Below, one piece after another: positions 10,515 through 19,392 of a stretch of 34,717 nucleotides of DNA. The stretch spans positions 1 to 34,717 of the forward strand of contig JBAXBA010000035.1 in assembly GCA_037142195.1 (NCBI GenBank), written 5' to 3'. The stretch comes from Pseudomonadota bacterium. Lineage in GTDB: Bacteria > Bdellovibrionota_B > Oligoflexia > Oligoflexales > CAIMVM01. Position numbers and translations under genes: made by a program. The first letter of the stretch is position 1, and each line of letters begins with the position of its first letter. The notes below the pieces were generated by a model. It was not told the DNA's origin, searched no databases, and worked only from the letters and a program-made list of their open reading frames with translations.

Positions 10515-10544
10515 GGCTGAAATCCTTTCTATTCTAATCAAAGA

Positions 10545-11558
10545 TTAGGTCATTCGGATGATGGTTCGGTAAACGGAATTACCTGATTCTTTATAGGCAA
10601 CAAAAATGCTATTTTGTAGAATGCTCGAGAAGGTGTCTCCACTGCCAAGTGGCGCCCCAAGCAAATCTACAATCGTAAAGCCACTTAAGCCTGGGGCAGG
10701 AACAAACTGAGTACTGCTATCCGCAACAAAGAAGAATCGTTTGCCATCGTCTTCGGTTGGTGGCCCAAGGCCTGTGAATATGGCGGTTTTCTTATGAAGT
10801 GAGGTCGGAGAAATGTGGTTAAAGTTTGCGACTGCTTGAAAACCGCTGACAAAAGCTGCTTTTGTCGGACTTACCTCAACGAGAGTTTTACCCGCAGCAA
10901 TGGGGTCATCAAATGTTACCGGGATATCTTTTTTTCTATAGGATTGATTCCCAGTCGTGGATACCAAGATATGTACTTTGCTTCCCATAACCTTAAGATT
11001 GTCAAAGGAAAAAAGGTTTAATTTTCCCGATGTTGAAGAACGATTTGCATCGGAGATGATGTGACTTGCTAAGGGATATCCGTCTTCATCTAACAAGACC
11101 ACAGAGGCTAGTTTAAAAGTTGCCGACTCTGCACCGGCGGGAAAGCCTAGGGCCAAAAGCAGCGAAGACTTACTACCGTAAAATTTGAGAGTGGGCATTG
11201 CTGTATCAGGAAGGTCTACTGCCGAAGATAGGAGGCTGTTAAGTTGGGGAATGGCCGTGCAGGTTGAGGGGACTTGAGCTACATCAACATTGCCAGTAGT
11301 GTTGTTTGTACCGATGGCATTATCACCATTAGAGTCCGTTCCTGTGCCTCCTGTGCCGCCAATGCCATCGCTAGCCCCACCTGCAGTCCTGCGCAAATCT
11401 TTGCGGCCAGTAGTTCCCCCAAATTTTGCGGAGTCCTGCGAACAGGCCGTTACAAATGCAGCTAAAAGAGCAACGGGGCCTGCGGTAAATAGGGCTCTCC
11501 TTAAAGTCGTAGGATTTTCGGTTTCTTCACTTGCGGTCTTGGTCTCTTTCTCTGTCAT
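10545..11558 (-). CDS. Putative Tat lipoprotein, hypothetical
   Basis: TLRRALF, hydrophobic core and VTAC lipobox; Gly/Thr/Asn linker; AGGAGG RBS. Confidence 0.75.
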   Translation of the reverse strand: MTEKETKTASEETENPTTLRRALFTAGPVALLAAFVTACSQDSAKFGGTTGRKDLRRTAGGASDGIGGTGGTGTDSNGDNAIGTNNTTGNVDVAQVPSTCTAIPQLNSLLSSAVDLPDTAMPTLKFYGSKSSLLLALGFPAGAESATFKLASVVLLDEDGYPLASHIISDANRSSTSGKLNLFSFDNLKVMGSKVHILVSTTGNQSYRKKDIPVTFDDPIAAGKTLVEVSPTKAAFVSGFQAVANFNHISPTSLHKKTAIFTGLGPPTEDDGKRFFFVADSSTQFVPAPGLSGFTIVDLLGAPLGSGDTFSSILQNSIFVAYKESGNSVYRTIIRMT

Positions 11559-11607
11559 GTAAACCTCCTTAAGGTCCCCAAATATACGATCAGTTGCCGT
11601 TCATAAG

Positions 11608-11634
11608 CCATCGGCAGCACGAGGGAAAATCTAA
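11608..11634 (-). promoter_or_regulatory. Sigma-28-like promoter of the Tat gene pair
   Basis: TTAG-N15-GCCGATGG on the minus strand, 50 nt upstream of the start. Confidence 0.5.
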
Positions 11635-12037
11635 AGATTTATGTTTTTTCTTCATGAAATCAGCGGAGTATGTCTGACTTGACGGGGACCGCTTGAAGCA
11701 GGATTGAAGCAGGATCAAAGGGGGTCCGCGAATTGCTTTGCATCAGAAGACATCTAACTGCGGTGGGTGGGAGCTAGTAAGACAGCGAATTGCTTTGTAT
11801 TTAGATCCATACCGTGAGGTGGGGAGGCAGGTCTATGGTGAGGACGCGTCTTGATCTGACAATCCATAAGGCGATAGAGCTATGATTTTTTTCTAGTAAT
11901 ACTGCTGATCCGGAACAGAAGGTGCGGTAATGGGCTCAAGAATATCCCAAGGCGAATCGCCTGATAGCAGCTCTCCATTTTTAAGGGCAAGTTCGGGCCA
12001 TACTTCTAGCTTTGATTTTAATTGACATCGAGGGAGC

Positions 12038-13066
12038 TTAAGCCCGACTCTTCGTCTCAAGGGAATCAATATGAATATTTGCCTGAAGGTTAATATGATG
12101 GACGCTTGCGGCGAGATCACGCAACATTTGAGCAGCTTCTTTTTCCATCAAGAGCTTTTGCTCTTTAGCAGCTTTGGCCCGTACTTGAGTTTTAATGGCA
12201 GCGGTCCAGGCATCAAGTTGAATTAAATATTTGGACTTTGAAGCATCGATTTCTTCTAAGTAATTTTCTTGTAGGAGTGTCAATTTAACTTGATGGGCTT
12301 CTTCTTTAGACCTATTTAACTCATCCAATTTCGTCTCTAGCCAACTTGCAAGTTCCTGCTTTAGCTTTTGGTTTAGTTCTTCTTTATAAGCCGCAAGTTC
12401 CTTTTGGTGCAGGCTGTCTAGGATTTGAGACTGATTAAGGAGGGCGTTTTGCAAATCTACCCGGGCTAAGTTCACTTTCTCATCGTGCGTTTTTTTAAAT
12501 TCTAAATCGAGCTGCTTTTTAGCATTTGCTAACTGGGCCTGAAAAAGAGTTTCCAGAAATTTATGTTCCTCGTCGCGTGTCTTCTTTGCTTCGAGCTCAA
12601 TACTATGAAGTCTTTGAGTGTGGGATTCCCTTTCCTTTTGAATGCAAGAGAGAAGCTCTGATTCATAGTGAGATTTGGCAACAAGGATCTCATTTTGAAT
12701 TTTTTCCTTAAAAGTCGAAGTCAAGTTGTCTTCATCATTAAGGTACTCTTCTTTTACGAGTTGACTTATATACTCAGTCGCTTCGCGAAACCTTTTATGA
12801 AAGTATTGGGATTCTTTGACAAGCCGACCTTCAAGCTCCCTGGCAAAGCAACCTTTGTAGTCTGCTAAGGCCTGGTCTCGATACTTACAAAGTTCGAGAG
12901 CAAGGGCGAGTTTCGAGGTATTTTTATATTCTTCCAAATTAGGGGCGTAATCAAAGCGAAGGGAACGATGATCATCATCTTGAATAAAATCCTGGTAGAG
13001 TCTCTCACCTAGACGAGCCATGATTTCTTGCCAGTTGGGTTGGTTTTTTAAAAGCTGTGGTGACAT
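12038..13066 (-). CDS. Coiled-coil hypothetical protein
   Basis: 342 aa, E/K/L/Q-rich heptad composition; GGAG RBS upstream. Confidence 0.75.
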   Translation of the reverse strand: MSPQLLKNQPNWQEIMARLGERLYQDFIQDDDHRSLRFDYAPNLEEYKNTSKLALALELCKYRDQALADYKGCFARELEGRLVKESQYFHKRFREATEYISQLVKEEYLNDEDNLTSTFKEKIQNEILVAKSHYESELLSCIQKERESHTQRLHSIELEAKKTRDEEHKFLETLFQAQLANAKKQLDLEFKKTHDEKVNLARVDLQNALLNQSQILDSLHQKELAAYKEELNQKLKQELASWLETKLDELNRSKEEAHQVKLTLLQENYLEEIDASKSKYLIQLDAWTAAIKTQVRAKAAKEQKLLMEKEAAQMLRDLAASVHHINLQANIHIDSLETKSRA

Positions 13067-13209
13067 TTTCCATCTCCCTGAAAATCAACTAGGGATATTT
13101 TCACCTGAACAGCTATGGGATGGAGAGGGAAAAAAAAGCCAGGCAGTCTTGGGTGGTTGTTTGATTTGCATAGCTTTATATAATAAAAACGGCCAGTTGC
13201 GACTCCAAC

Positions 13210-13950
13210 CTATTTTGATTTTCTGGGTCGTTTAAACGAATTTGGTGTCAACTTTGGGGTGATTAAATCCAAAGGAGCAAACTTTTTTTGGGGCTTTTTA
13301 GGGGCTTTTTGCATGGGTGTTGTCGTTTTTTCTGGCAGTTTTTGACTGATCCGTTCCAATCCGACAAATACCTCAGCTAAGGCCCCCTTGACCGCGCAAA
13401 GGGTGTCATCCATATCAACCTGGCGTTTTAAAAGAATTGCCATACTTTGATTCAAAGTAGCGAGTTCATTTTTTTGTTGCTCCATCGCAGTCATTAAGGG
13501 GAAATAAGCGTCTTTAAAGCCTACGGACTTTCTTAGGATCCGCATTTGGTTTTGAAGTGAATTTTCTAGAATGGCCACGGCCTGGATCACGGTTTCATGG
13601 AGGGCATTGCCTTCCCCCATGAGTTCGTCTTTTAACTCTTGAGCCTGTGATTCAAGTCTACTTACCGCGTCATCTATAGCTTCACTGCTTCGTTTATGGG
13701 TAACAGGCGCGCGACTCCAGGAAAGATACTCAGTGACATCCGCAAGTCGATAAATCGGCCTGACATAGCCATCAACTCGCATTTTTGCAACTCGTAATTC
13801 TCGGCCGGAAATTTGATTTAAGCGAGAGCGCTTAATGCCAAGGAGATCCATAGCCTTTTCTGCAGATATGGAAAAGTCTGATGCTAAAGGTTCGTCACCA
13901 CGGAAATTGAGGATCATGGGAAGAGAATCTGAGTGAGTAAATTCTAGCAT
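13210..13950 (-). CDS. Excisionase/MerR-like winged HTH protein with coiled coil and basic tail
   Basis: SAEKAMDLLGIKRSRLNQI...RPIYRLADV N-terminal domain, heptad region and K/P-rich tail; AAGGAG RBS before the ATG at 13950. Confidence 0.65.
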   Translation of the reverse strand: MLEFTHSDSLPMILNFRGDEPLASDFSISAEKAMDLLGIKRSRLNQISGRELRVAKMRVDGYVRPIYRLADVTEYLSWSRAPVTHKRSSEAIDDAVSRLESQAQELKDELMGEGNALHETVIQAVAILENSLQNQMRILRKSVGFKDAYFPLMTAMEQQKNELATLNQSMAILLKRQVDMDDTLCAVKGALAEVFVGLERISQKLPEKTTTPMQKAPKKPQKKFAPLDLITPKLTPNSFKRPRKSK

Positions 13951-13955
13951 GATGT

Positions 13956-15320
13956 TTATCTCCTTTTTACGGTGTAGCGCCAAAGGCTTAAAGTGGAATA
14001 ACTTTCAAGCAGCTGAGGAGTCACTTGGTTTTCGAAATAGAGCCTAAAGCCAACCCGGTGTTCGCCTTCGGAAAATTCAGATAGATCAAAATTTATCGCT
14101 AAATTAACGGGGCTTTTACCGAGTGGAAGGGCTTTATTTAATGGTCTCTTGGCAATTTCATCTGGCGATGCGTTTTCTAAATATAAGCTTGGCCCATATC
14201 CTTTACTGATCATTTTTGAAGATGGCTCAATTTCCATCTGCATAAACCAGTCCTTTGAAGATGTCGTTACGCTATAAGAACGCTCTACAATATTTTTGCT
14301 GCTAAAAAAGCTACTTGAAGTGGATTCCTTATAGGAGGGCAGGGTACTTTTCACGTTCAGACTCGCGGGATTTTCGTTTAAAGCGAAGCCATAGTAAAAT
14401 CCAGATCCTTTGTTTAAGCTCTTAGCTCCATCGAGGGGATTGTACATAATGGCTGGAAGAATCACGGAATTTGCAAAAAAACTCACTTCCGTGTACATGC
14501 CCATTTCAAAGTTAAGTCTCAAAAGGACGTAGGAGAAGCTGACCCTGACGATGCTTCGAATGGGACCGATTTTATAAGCTTCTAGCTTACTAACAATACT
14601 GGATTGATTTACCAAAAACGTCAGGAAATACTTTAAATCAGCTTTTAAAAAAAAGCTGGAAGACTCCACGAGTCGCCTAGGCTTCCCGTCGTTTAAAACA
14701 TCGATGCCCTTTACGACCAGATAGTTTTTGGGATCAAAGTAATACGCATAGCGGGAAGTTGATATCTTAGCTTGCTGCAAATTAAAAGACACATAAGATT
14801 TATTTGACAGTGGGGGGGCTCTGCTAAACCAAATGCCTACATAAACAGCGCCTTTTTTGCCACTGGGGTGTTCTGCGGTCACTTCGTAGCTCAAATCGGG
14901 TGCTGGGCCTCCCCAAGAAGTGATAGGCGCAATATCACCTACATCTTCACCCATAAAGGAAAGTTCGTCAGCATTGTCAAAAACGCCGTCTCCTTCATGC
15001 ATATTGGGACTTACGCCCTGATCTAAAACGAAATCTTCATACTTAGTCATTTCATCAATTTGAAAGGGAATGGCCTCGGCTTTGCCATTAACGGATCTAA
15101 ATACTCGGTAAGTGTTAATGGGGTACCCAGAAAGCTCTCGCAATGCAAACGCTGGTAGGATGATCGGCGCCTTGTGCACATATTGAGCGATGGCTATGGA
15201 GGAAAACGCGGAACCTATATAAAGAACAGCAACGTAAGCGATAGGACAGGATAGGAACATTTGTAATAAAATAAAGGGCCCAGGTATGACTTTGGATGGC
15301 CTTTCCAAATTCATGTTCAC
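13956..15320 (-). CDS. Exported hypothetical protein (beta-rich)
   Basis: 454-aa ORF with hydrophobic N-terminus, tightly packed in an operon; start uncertain. Confidence 0.7.
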   Translation of the reverse strand: MNMNLERPSKVIPGPFILLQMFLSCPIAYVAVLYIGSAFSSIAIAQYVHKAPIILPAFALRELSGYPINTYRVFRSVNGKAEAIPFQIDEMTKYEDFVLDQGVSPNMHEGDGVFDNADELSFMGEDVGDIAPITSWGGPAPDLSYEVTAEHPSGKKGAVYVGIWFSRAPPLSNKSYVSFNLQQAKISTSRYAYYFDPKNYLVVKGIDVLNDGKPRRLVESSSFFLKADLKYFLTFLVNQSSIVSKLEAYKIGPIRSIVRVSFSYVLLRLNFEMGMYTEVSFFANSVILPAIMYNPLDGAKSLNKGSGFYYGFALNENPASLNVKSTLPSYKESTSSSFFSSKNIVERSYSVTTSSKDWFMQMEIEPSSKMISKGYGPSLYLENASPDEIAKRPLNKALPLGKSPVNLAINFDLSEFSEGEHRVGFRLYFENQVTPQLLESYSTLSLWRYTVKRR

Positions 15321-15321
15321 C

Positions 15322-16143
15322 TCAAATAATTTGCAACTTATTTAGAATACTATAAAGAAAGCCTATAATAGTTAAACCCCAAAGTCCAACAACAAGTTTA
15401 GGGAGGACCCAATGAAACCATTTCTTCGATCGCCAAGTGGACCAAATAAGGCCTAGAATCCCACCCGTCAAAAGACCACCGAGATGTGCTGTATTGTCGA
15501 TCCCTGGAAAAAGAAAGCCAAAGAGTAGACCCATGGCAGCCCAACTCAGGAGGGCTTTAAACATGGGGTCGTCAGCACCATTTCCCAAGAGAAACGCTAT
15601 GGCCATGCCAAGGCCAATCAGTCCAAAAATAGACGCTGAAGCTCCACATGAAAAATGACCAGCTAAAGCCGAAAGGGCAAACCCTCCCGCCCCTGTTAAA
15701 ATATAAGCAGTCCAAGTAAAGGAACGTGTTGTAGTCTGTTCAATAAAGTCAGTAATTTGCCTAACAGCCATCATATTGAAGAGGATATGAAGCCCTCCTC
15801 CGTGCAGCCAACTGGCAGTGAGCGGCCCCCACCATCGGCCATTAAAAAGTTCCGGACTTGAAGCACCTAGGAGATCAATCACACCACCAGGAACAGACCA
15901 AATACTCTTTATAAAAGCTGAAAATCCGCCTAATAATAGAACCGCTAGCAATTCGACAATAAAAAAAGCGATGGAAATTTTAATAATGATTTCGCCCACG
16001 GACATATGTGGGCTCAGGAGGTTCGGCGCAAAGCGCGAAAAAAATTCAGACGTCTTCCCAGGTCGGGCAGTACCACACCAGGGGCAGTTATCCGCTACGC
16101 CCATCAGTTTTTTGCACGAGCGACACATCATTGGTCTATTCAC
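15322..16143 (-). CDS. Rhomboid intramembrane serine protease with N-terminal zinc ribbon
   Basis: HGGGLHILFNM, GASASIFG (catalytic Ser) and AHLGG (catalytic His); CRSC/CPWC at the N-terminus. Confidence 0.92.
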   Translation of the reverse strand: MNRPMMCRSCKKLMGVADNCPWCGTARPGKTSEFFSRFAPNLLSPHMSVGEIIIKISIAFFIVELLAVLLLGGFSAFIKSIWSVPGGVIDLLGASSPELFNGRWWGPLTASWLHGGGLHILFNMMAVRQITDFIEQTTTRSFTWTAYILTGAGGFALSALAGHFSCGASASIFGLIGLGMAIAFLLGNGADDPMFKALLSWAAMGLLFGFLFPGIDNTAHLGGLLTGGILGLIWSTWRSKKWFHWVLPKLVVGLWGLTIIGFLYSILNKLQII

Positions 16144-16279
16144 GAAGCTTCCCCAATATGGCTATCAAATGGATTCCAGAGGGAAGTGTAGCTTTTGTCT
16201 TTCCAGATATAAATAGAAATCAGCGAATTTCATTTTGAAAGTGCTCGCGAAACTTAGCGGTCAAAATCGTCTTAAAAAA

Positions 16280-16963
16280 TTAGTCAAAATAGTAGGCTAG
16301 TCCTAAGTTCAAAGCATTGCGAACCCTAGTAGACTGCTTGGCACCTACGGTAATTGCGGTAGATGCTTCTTTAATGGCATAGGTCTGGCGAATATATTCA
16401 CCTGTGAGAAAAAAGCCTGTTTTAGACATAGGGACTTCGAAACCACCACCAAAATGAGACCCAGATCCCGTTCCATTCAAGTTATAGTGTTCTGACTTGC
16501 CCTCAAAAATACCATCACCTAATTCAGACACATATTGGTTATCGATGGTCACAGCTTCTTTATAAAGTCCAGCTCCGAGCTCAAGAAAGAAATAGCCCCC
16601 AAAGTTAAGGCGTCCAAAAAGGCTCGCGTGTCTCATGGCTGTAATGCTGGAAAGTTTGTTTACCTTAGAAGGGTCAAGGGAAGATCTTTCTGTCGTCGAA
16701 AGAGATTCTGAATATTGCCCAAATTTTAGGCCCAGGGTAAACGTATCGAAGGAATAACCTATAAATGGAGAGTAGCCTTCCACGGAATTGGACACCTCTC
16801 TTGTCTTCTCGGACACCTTACTGGGATATAGCTTAGAATTATCGGCTGTAGTTAAAACGGAAAGCCCAAAGTTAAAGCCTTCTCGTCCAGAGCTTTTTCT
16901 CGCAAAAGCTTCAGTTGAGAGGCATACCATGATGAGTGAGGCTAGGGTGGCAATACGTTTCAT
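16280..16963 (-). CDS. Outer-membrane beta-barrel protein
   Basis: Sec signal (AFA), alternating beta strands, C-terminal LGLAYYFD signal; AGGAG RBS. Confidence 0.8.
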   Translation of the reverse strand: MKRIATLASLIMVCLSTEAFARKSSGREGFNFGLSVLTTADNSKLYPSKVSEKTREVSNSVEGYSPFIGYSFDTFTLGLKFGQYSESLSTTERSSLDPSKVNKLSSITAMRHASLFGRLNFGGYFFLELGAGLYKEAVTIDNQYVSELGDGIFEGKSEHYNLNGTGSGSHFGGGFEVPMSKTGFFLTGEYIRQTYAIKEASTAITVGAKQSTRVRNALNLGLAYYFD

Positions 16964-17007
16964 AATCAATCTCCTTTACAAGGAACTAAGCCTTGTGAAG
17001 GAAGATA

Positions 17008-17024
17008 TGCAGGAATCGATCCGA
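17008..17024 (-). promoter_or_regulatory. Possible sigma-54 promoter of the OMP gene
   Basis: TCGG-ATCGATTCCT-GCA gives GG-N10-GC spacing about 45 nt upstream of the start; the match to TGGCAC is weak. Confidence 0.3.
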
Positions 17025-17297
17025 TTTTTGTTGACTTTTACAACCATATGAAACTGTTATATAAAAATAGGTTTTGTGGGGATTGCCCCGATCTTGTGTG
17101 CTCACTATTTGTCTTCCAACTGTCTACAAAAATGACGGGCTCACCTGCGATTTAGGCAGGTAGGCTTTAATCTATTCCTTAATTAGGTGCCTGAAAACGG
17201 TGCTTATGTAAATATAATTAAGACCTTAACAATAAGACCCTCAATGATTTCCGGTATCTTCCGAAGAGAGCTAAAATAGACTATCGACGGGGATTCT

Positions 17298-17780
17298 ATG
17301 CGCTCAGACCTTGACCTTATTGACGAAGGCGGAACAGGCCCATCTCCTAGGCTATTATTATTTAGGTTTTGTTTGAAAGTAGTTTTGTTTGGCATTTTTA
17401 TGACCACCGGCCTTTCCAAATTGCTTTCTGGTTTTGACATTCATTTTTTAGAGTTTCAAAAATATGGTTGGCCCGTTTGGGCGCTTTATACTGTAGGTGC
17501 CGTTGAGGTCCTCGGGGCTATCTGCATACTCATTCCAAAAACGTCCCTATTTGCAAGTAGCATTTTTTCATTAGTTCTATTTGGAGCGACTTTTACCCAT
17601 ATTTTTTCTCTCGAATTGATGCGTGCGTTGTTGACGGGATTTTTGTTTTCATCCACTACTTGGCTAACTTTAAATGATCAGGGATCCATTGCCATCGAAC
17701 TCGAACTGGATAAGAATTTTAGTCCTGAGGCTTTTGAAAAAGTTGAGGACAGTAAAATCAATCGAGAAAAATCCGCTTGA
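17298..17780 (+). CDS. DoxX family membrane protein
   Basis: GLSKL...F..YGWP...VGAVEVLGA...GATFTH pattern with about 4 TM helices. Confidence 0.85.
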   Translation: MRSDLDLIDEGGTGPSPRLLLFRFCLKVVLFGIFMTTGLSKLLSGFDIHFLEFQKYGWPVWALYTVGAVEVLGAICILIPKTSLFASSIFSLVLFGATFTHIFSLELMRALLTGFLFSSTTWLTLNDQGSIAIELELDKNFSPEAFEKVEDSKINREKSA

Positions 17781-17872
17781 AACTCTGGAAGTTTACTTAG
17801 TCTAGACTTAGGATGTCCCAATTGGGAGTTAGAGTGCTCTCGCCAGTCCCTTAGGGACAGCGCTCTGCAGGA

Positions 17873-18280
17873 CTATTTTGAGTTTTCAACCGTCAGCCAA
17901 GCGTCAATTTGAATTTTTGTCGGATTGGTTTGTTTCCCGCCACCGTGCCCTGAGCCGCGCAGTTTCGAATCAAGGGCTGTGCTAGTTGTCCCCGTATAAG
18001 CTAAAATTGCTTTCCGATTGATGGAGGAATCAGTGGCAGAAAGTTTTGTTCCAGAAATAGCTGTCGACAAATGGCAGCCAGATATCGCGCAATTGGTTTT
18101 GACTACAGCCATCTCTTTTTCAAATGCAGCTAGATTTGCAGCTTCTTTTTTTGCAGTCGAGTTATCGGTAGGTGTGGTGCTTCCGCCAGTTTCAGCATCG
18201 GAACTATATTTTTTATAGGAAGGTTTACTAATGCCGCAAGCCCCAAGAATAAAAACTATACAAAAAGCATACATCTTCAC
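17873..18280 (-). CDS. Lipoprotein, putative c-type cytochrome with CxxxxCH motif
   Basis: LGAC lipobox; CAISGCH; distal GHGGG; C-terminal I..WL helix. Confidence 0.65.
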   Translation of the reverse strand: MKMYAFCIVFILGACGISKPSYKKYSSDAETGGSTTPTDNSTAKKEAANLAAFEKEMAVVKTNCAISGCHLSTAISGTKLSATDSSINRKAILAYTGTTSTALDSKLRGSGHGGGKQTNPTKIQIDAWLTVENSK

Positions 18281-18543
18281 TGAGAATCCCCCTATTTGGC
18301 ACCAGAAATATTATAAGTTAAGGAGGGGCTTTTAGGGGAGAAATTTTTTGCCTGGAAAAGTCTGAAATAGTAGCGGCCTTTCACTCCGTTTAGCGAAGGG
18401 AGTGTCCCATGGCCGCCGAAATCATTCAGGAACAGAGGTTTCAACGTATCGGTCCCAACTTTTTAAGCAATTTTCTGGAACATCTCGAAGCAAGTTGCAA
18501 CGCCCAGTGAATATTGAAATATTTGATTTATTTGTGAAATATA

Positions 18544-18571
18544 TCAAGTTGGAACCTAAAAGCTCCGATAG
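18544..18571 (+). promoter_or_regulatory. Sigma-28-like promoter of the prepilin-type gene
   Basis: TCAAG-N15-TCCGATAG ending 27 nt upstream of the ATG. Confidence 0.5.
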
Positions 18572-18597
18572 GGGAAGCAACCATTGGGGGGGCGAAG

Positions 18598-19356
18598 ATG
18601 TATTTCGCTGTGGGTCCTTTGAAATCCAAACATGGATTTTCACTAATTGAAACGTTGGTCACCTTGGGGATCATGTCCATTGCGGGTATGGCCTTGATGA
18701 GCATGAATGTCACTGCGATGAAATCTAACAAATCGAGTGAAATCAGGTCGGACCTCGGTGACATTAAACGAACCATAACTAACCTAATCAGCTGTGACCA
18801 AACCCTTGGGACGTCGCGTCCAACCAGTTGCTCTGGGCCCGGTGTGGTCCTTAAAGACAAATTTGGCAACCCTCTTGCGAAGGATAAAAAAATAGGTCAG
18901 TGGACCATTGAGGCGTCATGTGAGTCCGTAGGCTCTCCATCAACTCCTGGACTGTCTATTTATGCGACCAAGTTAAAGGCAGACGGAAAGACTTTTGTGA
19001 TCGATCCTATTAGAAATATCCCCTTGGATCGAAACCATCCTATAAGTATGCTTTATGATCCTGCGGTTCGTCTTTGTGGGGAATATTTTAAGTCGACTAC
19101 CACATTGCAGTGTCCTTTTGGTGTTAAAAACGTCAATTTTCAAGATCAAAAATATGAATGTGTGGACCTTACCGAGCTTCTCGCTAAAGTTGGAAGTGGT
19201 CCAACTGAGAACGTTACTGGAAGCAACGAAAAGCAATGTGGAGACACCAATAAGATGCGTTGTCCTGAAGGTTATTTGTCGTTTGGTTATAAAGCTTGGG
19301 TAACTAAAAGTAACATTACAAGTTGCACGCTAAGCTGCAGAAAAATTGTCCCCTAG
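18598..19356 (+). CDS. Prepilin-type N-terminal cleavage/methylation domain protein
   Basis: G|FSLIE class III signal plus hydrophobic helix; Cys-rich C-terminus. Confidence 0.88.
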   Translation: MYFAVGPLKSKHGFSLIETLVTLGIMSIAGMALMSMNVTAMKSNKSSEIRSDLGDIKRTITNLISCDQTLGTSRPTSCSGPGVVLKDKFGNPLAKDKKIGQWTIEASCESVGSPSTPGLSIYATKLKADGKTFVIDPIRNIPLDRNHPISMLYDPAVRLCGEYFKSTTTLQCPFGVKNVNFQDQKYECVDLTELLAKVGSGPTENVTGSNEKQCGDTNKMRCPEGYLSFGYKAWVTKSNITSCTLSCRKIVP

Positions 19357-19392
19357 CTTTCCTCACTTTCTGAGCTTTTTGAAGCAAAAAGT

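Noticed and set aside
11728..11797. Mini CRISPR array (13-bp repeat, 44-bp spacer)
   Set aside because: Only two short copies, and no cas genes.
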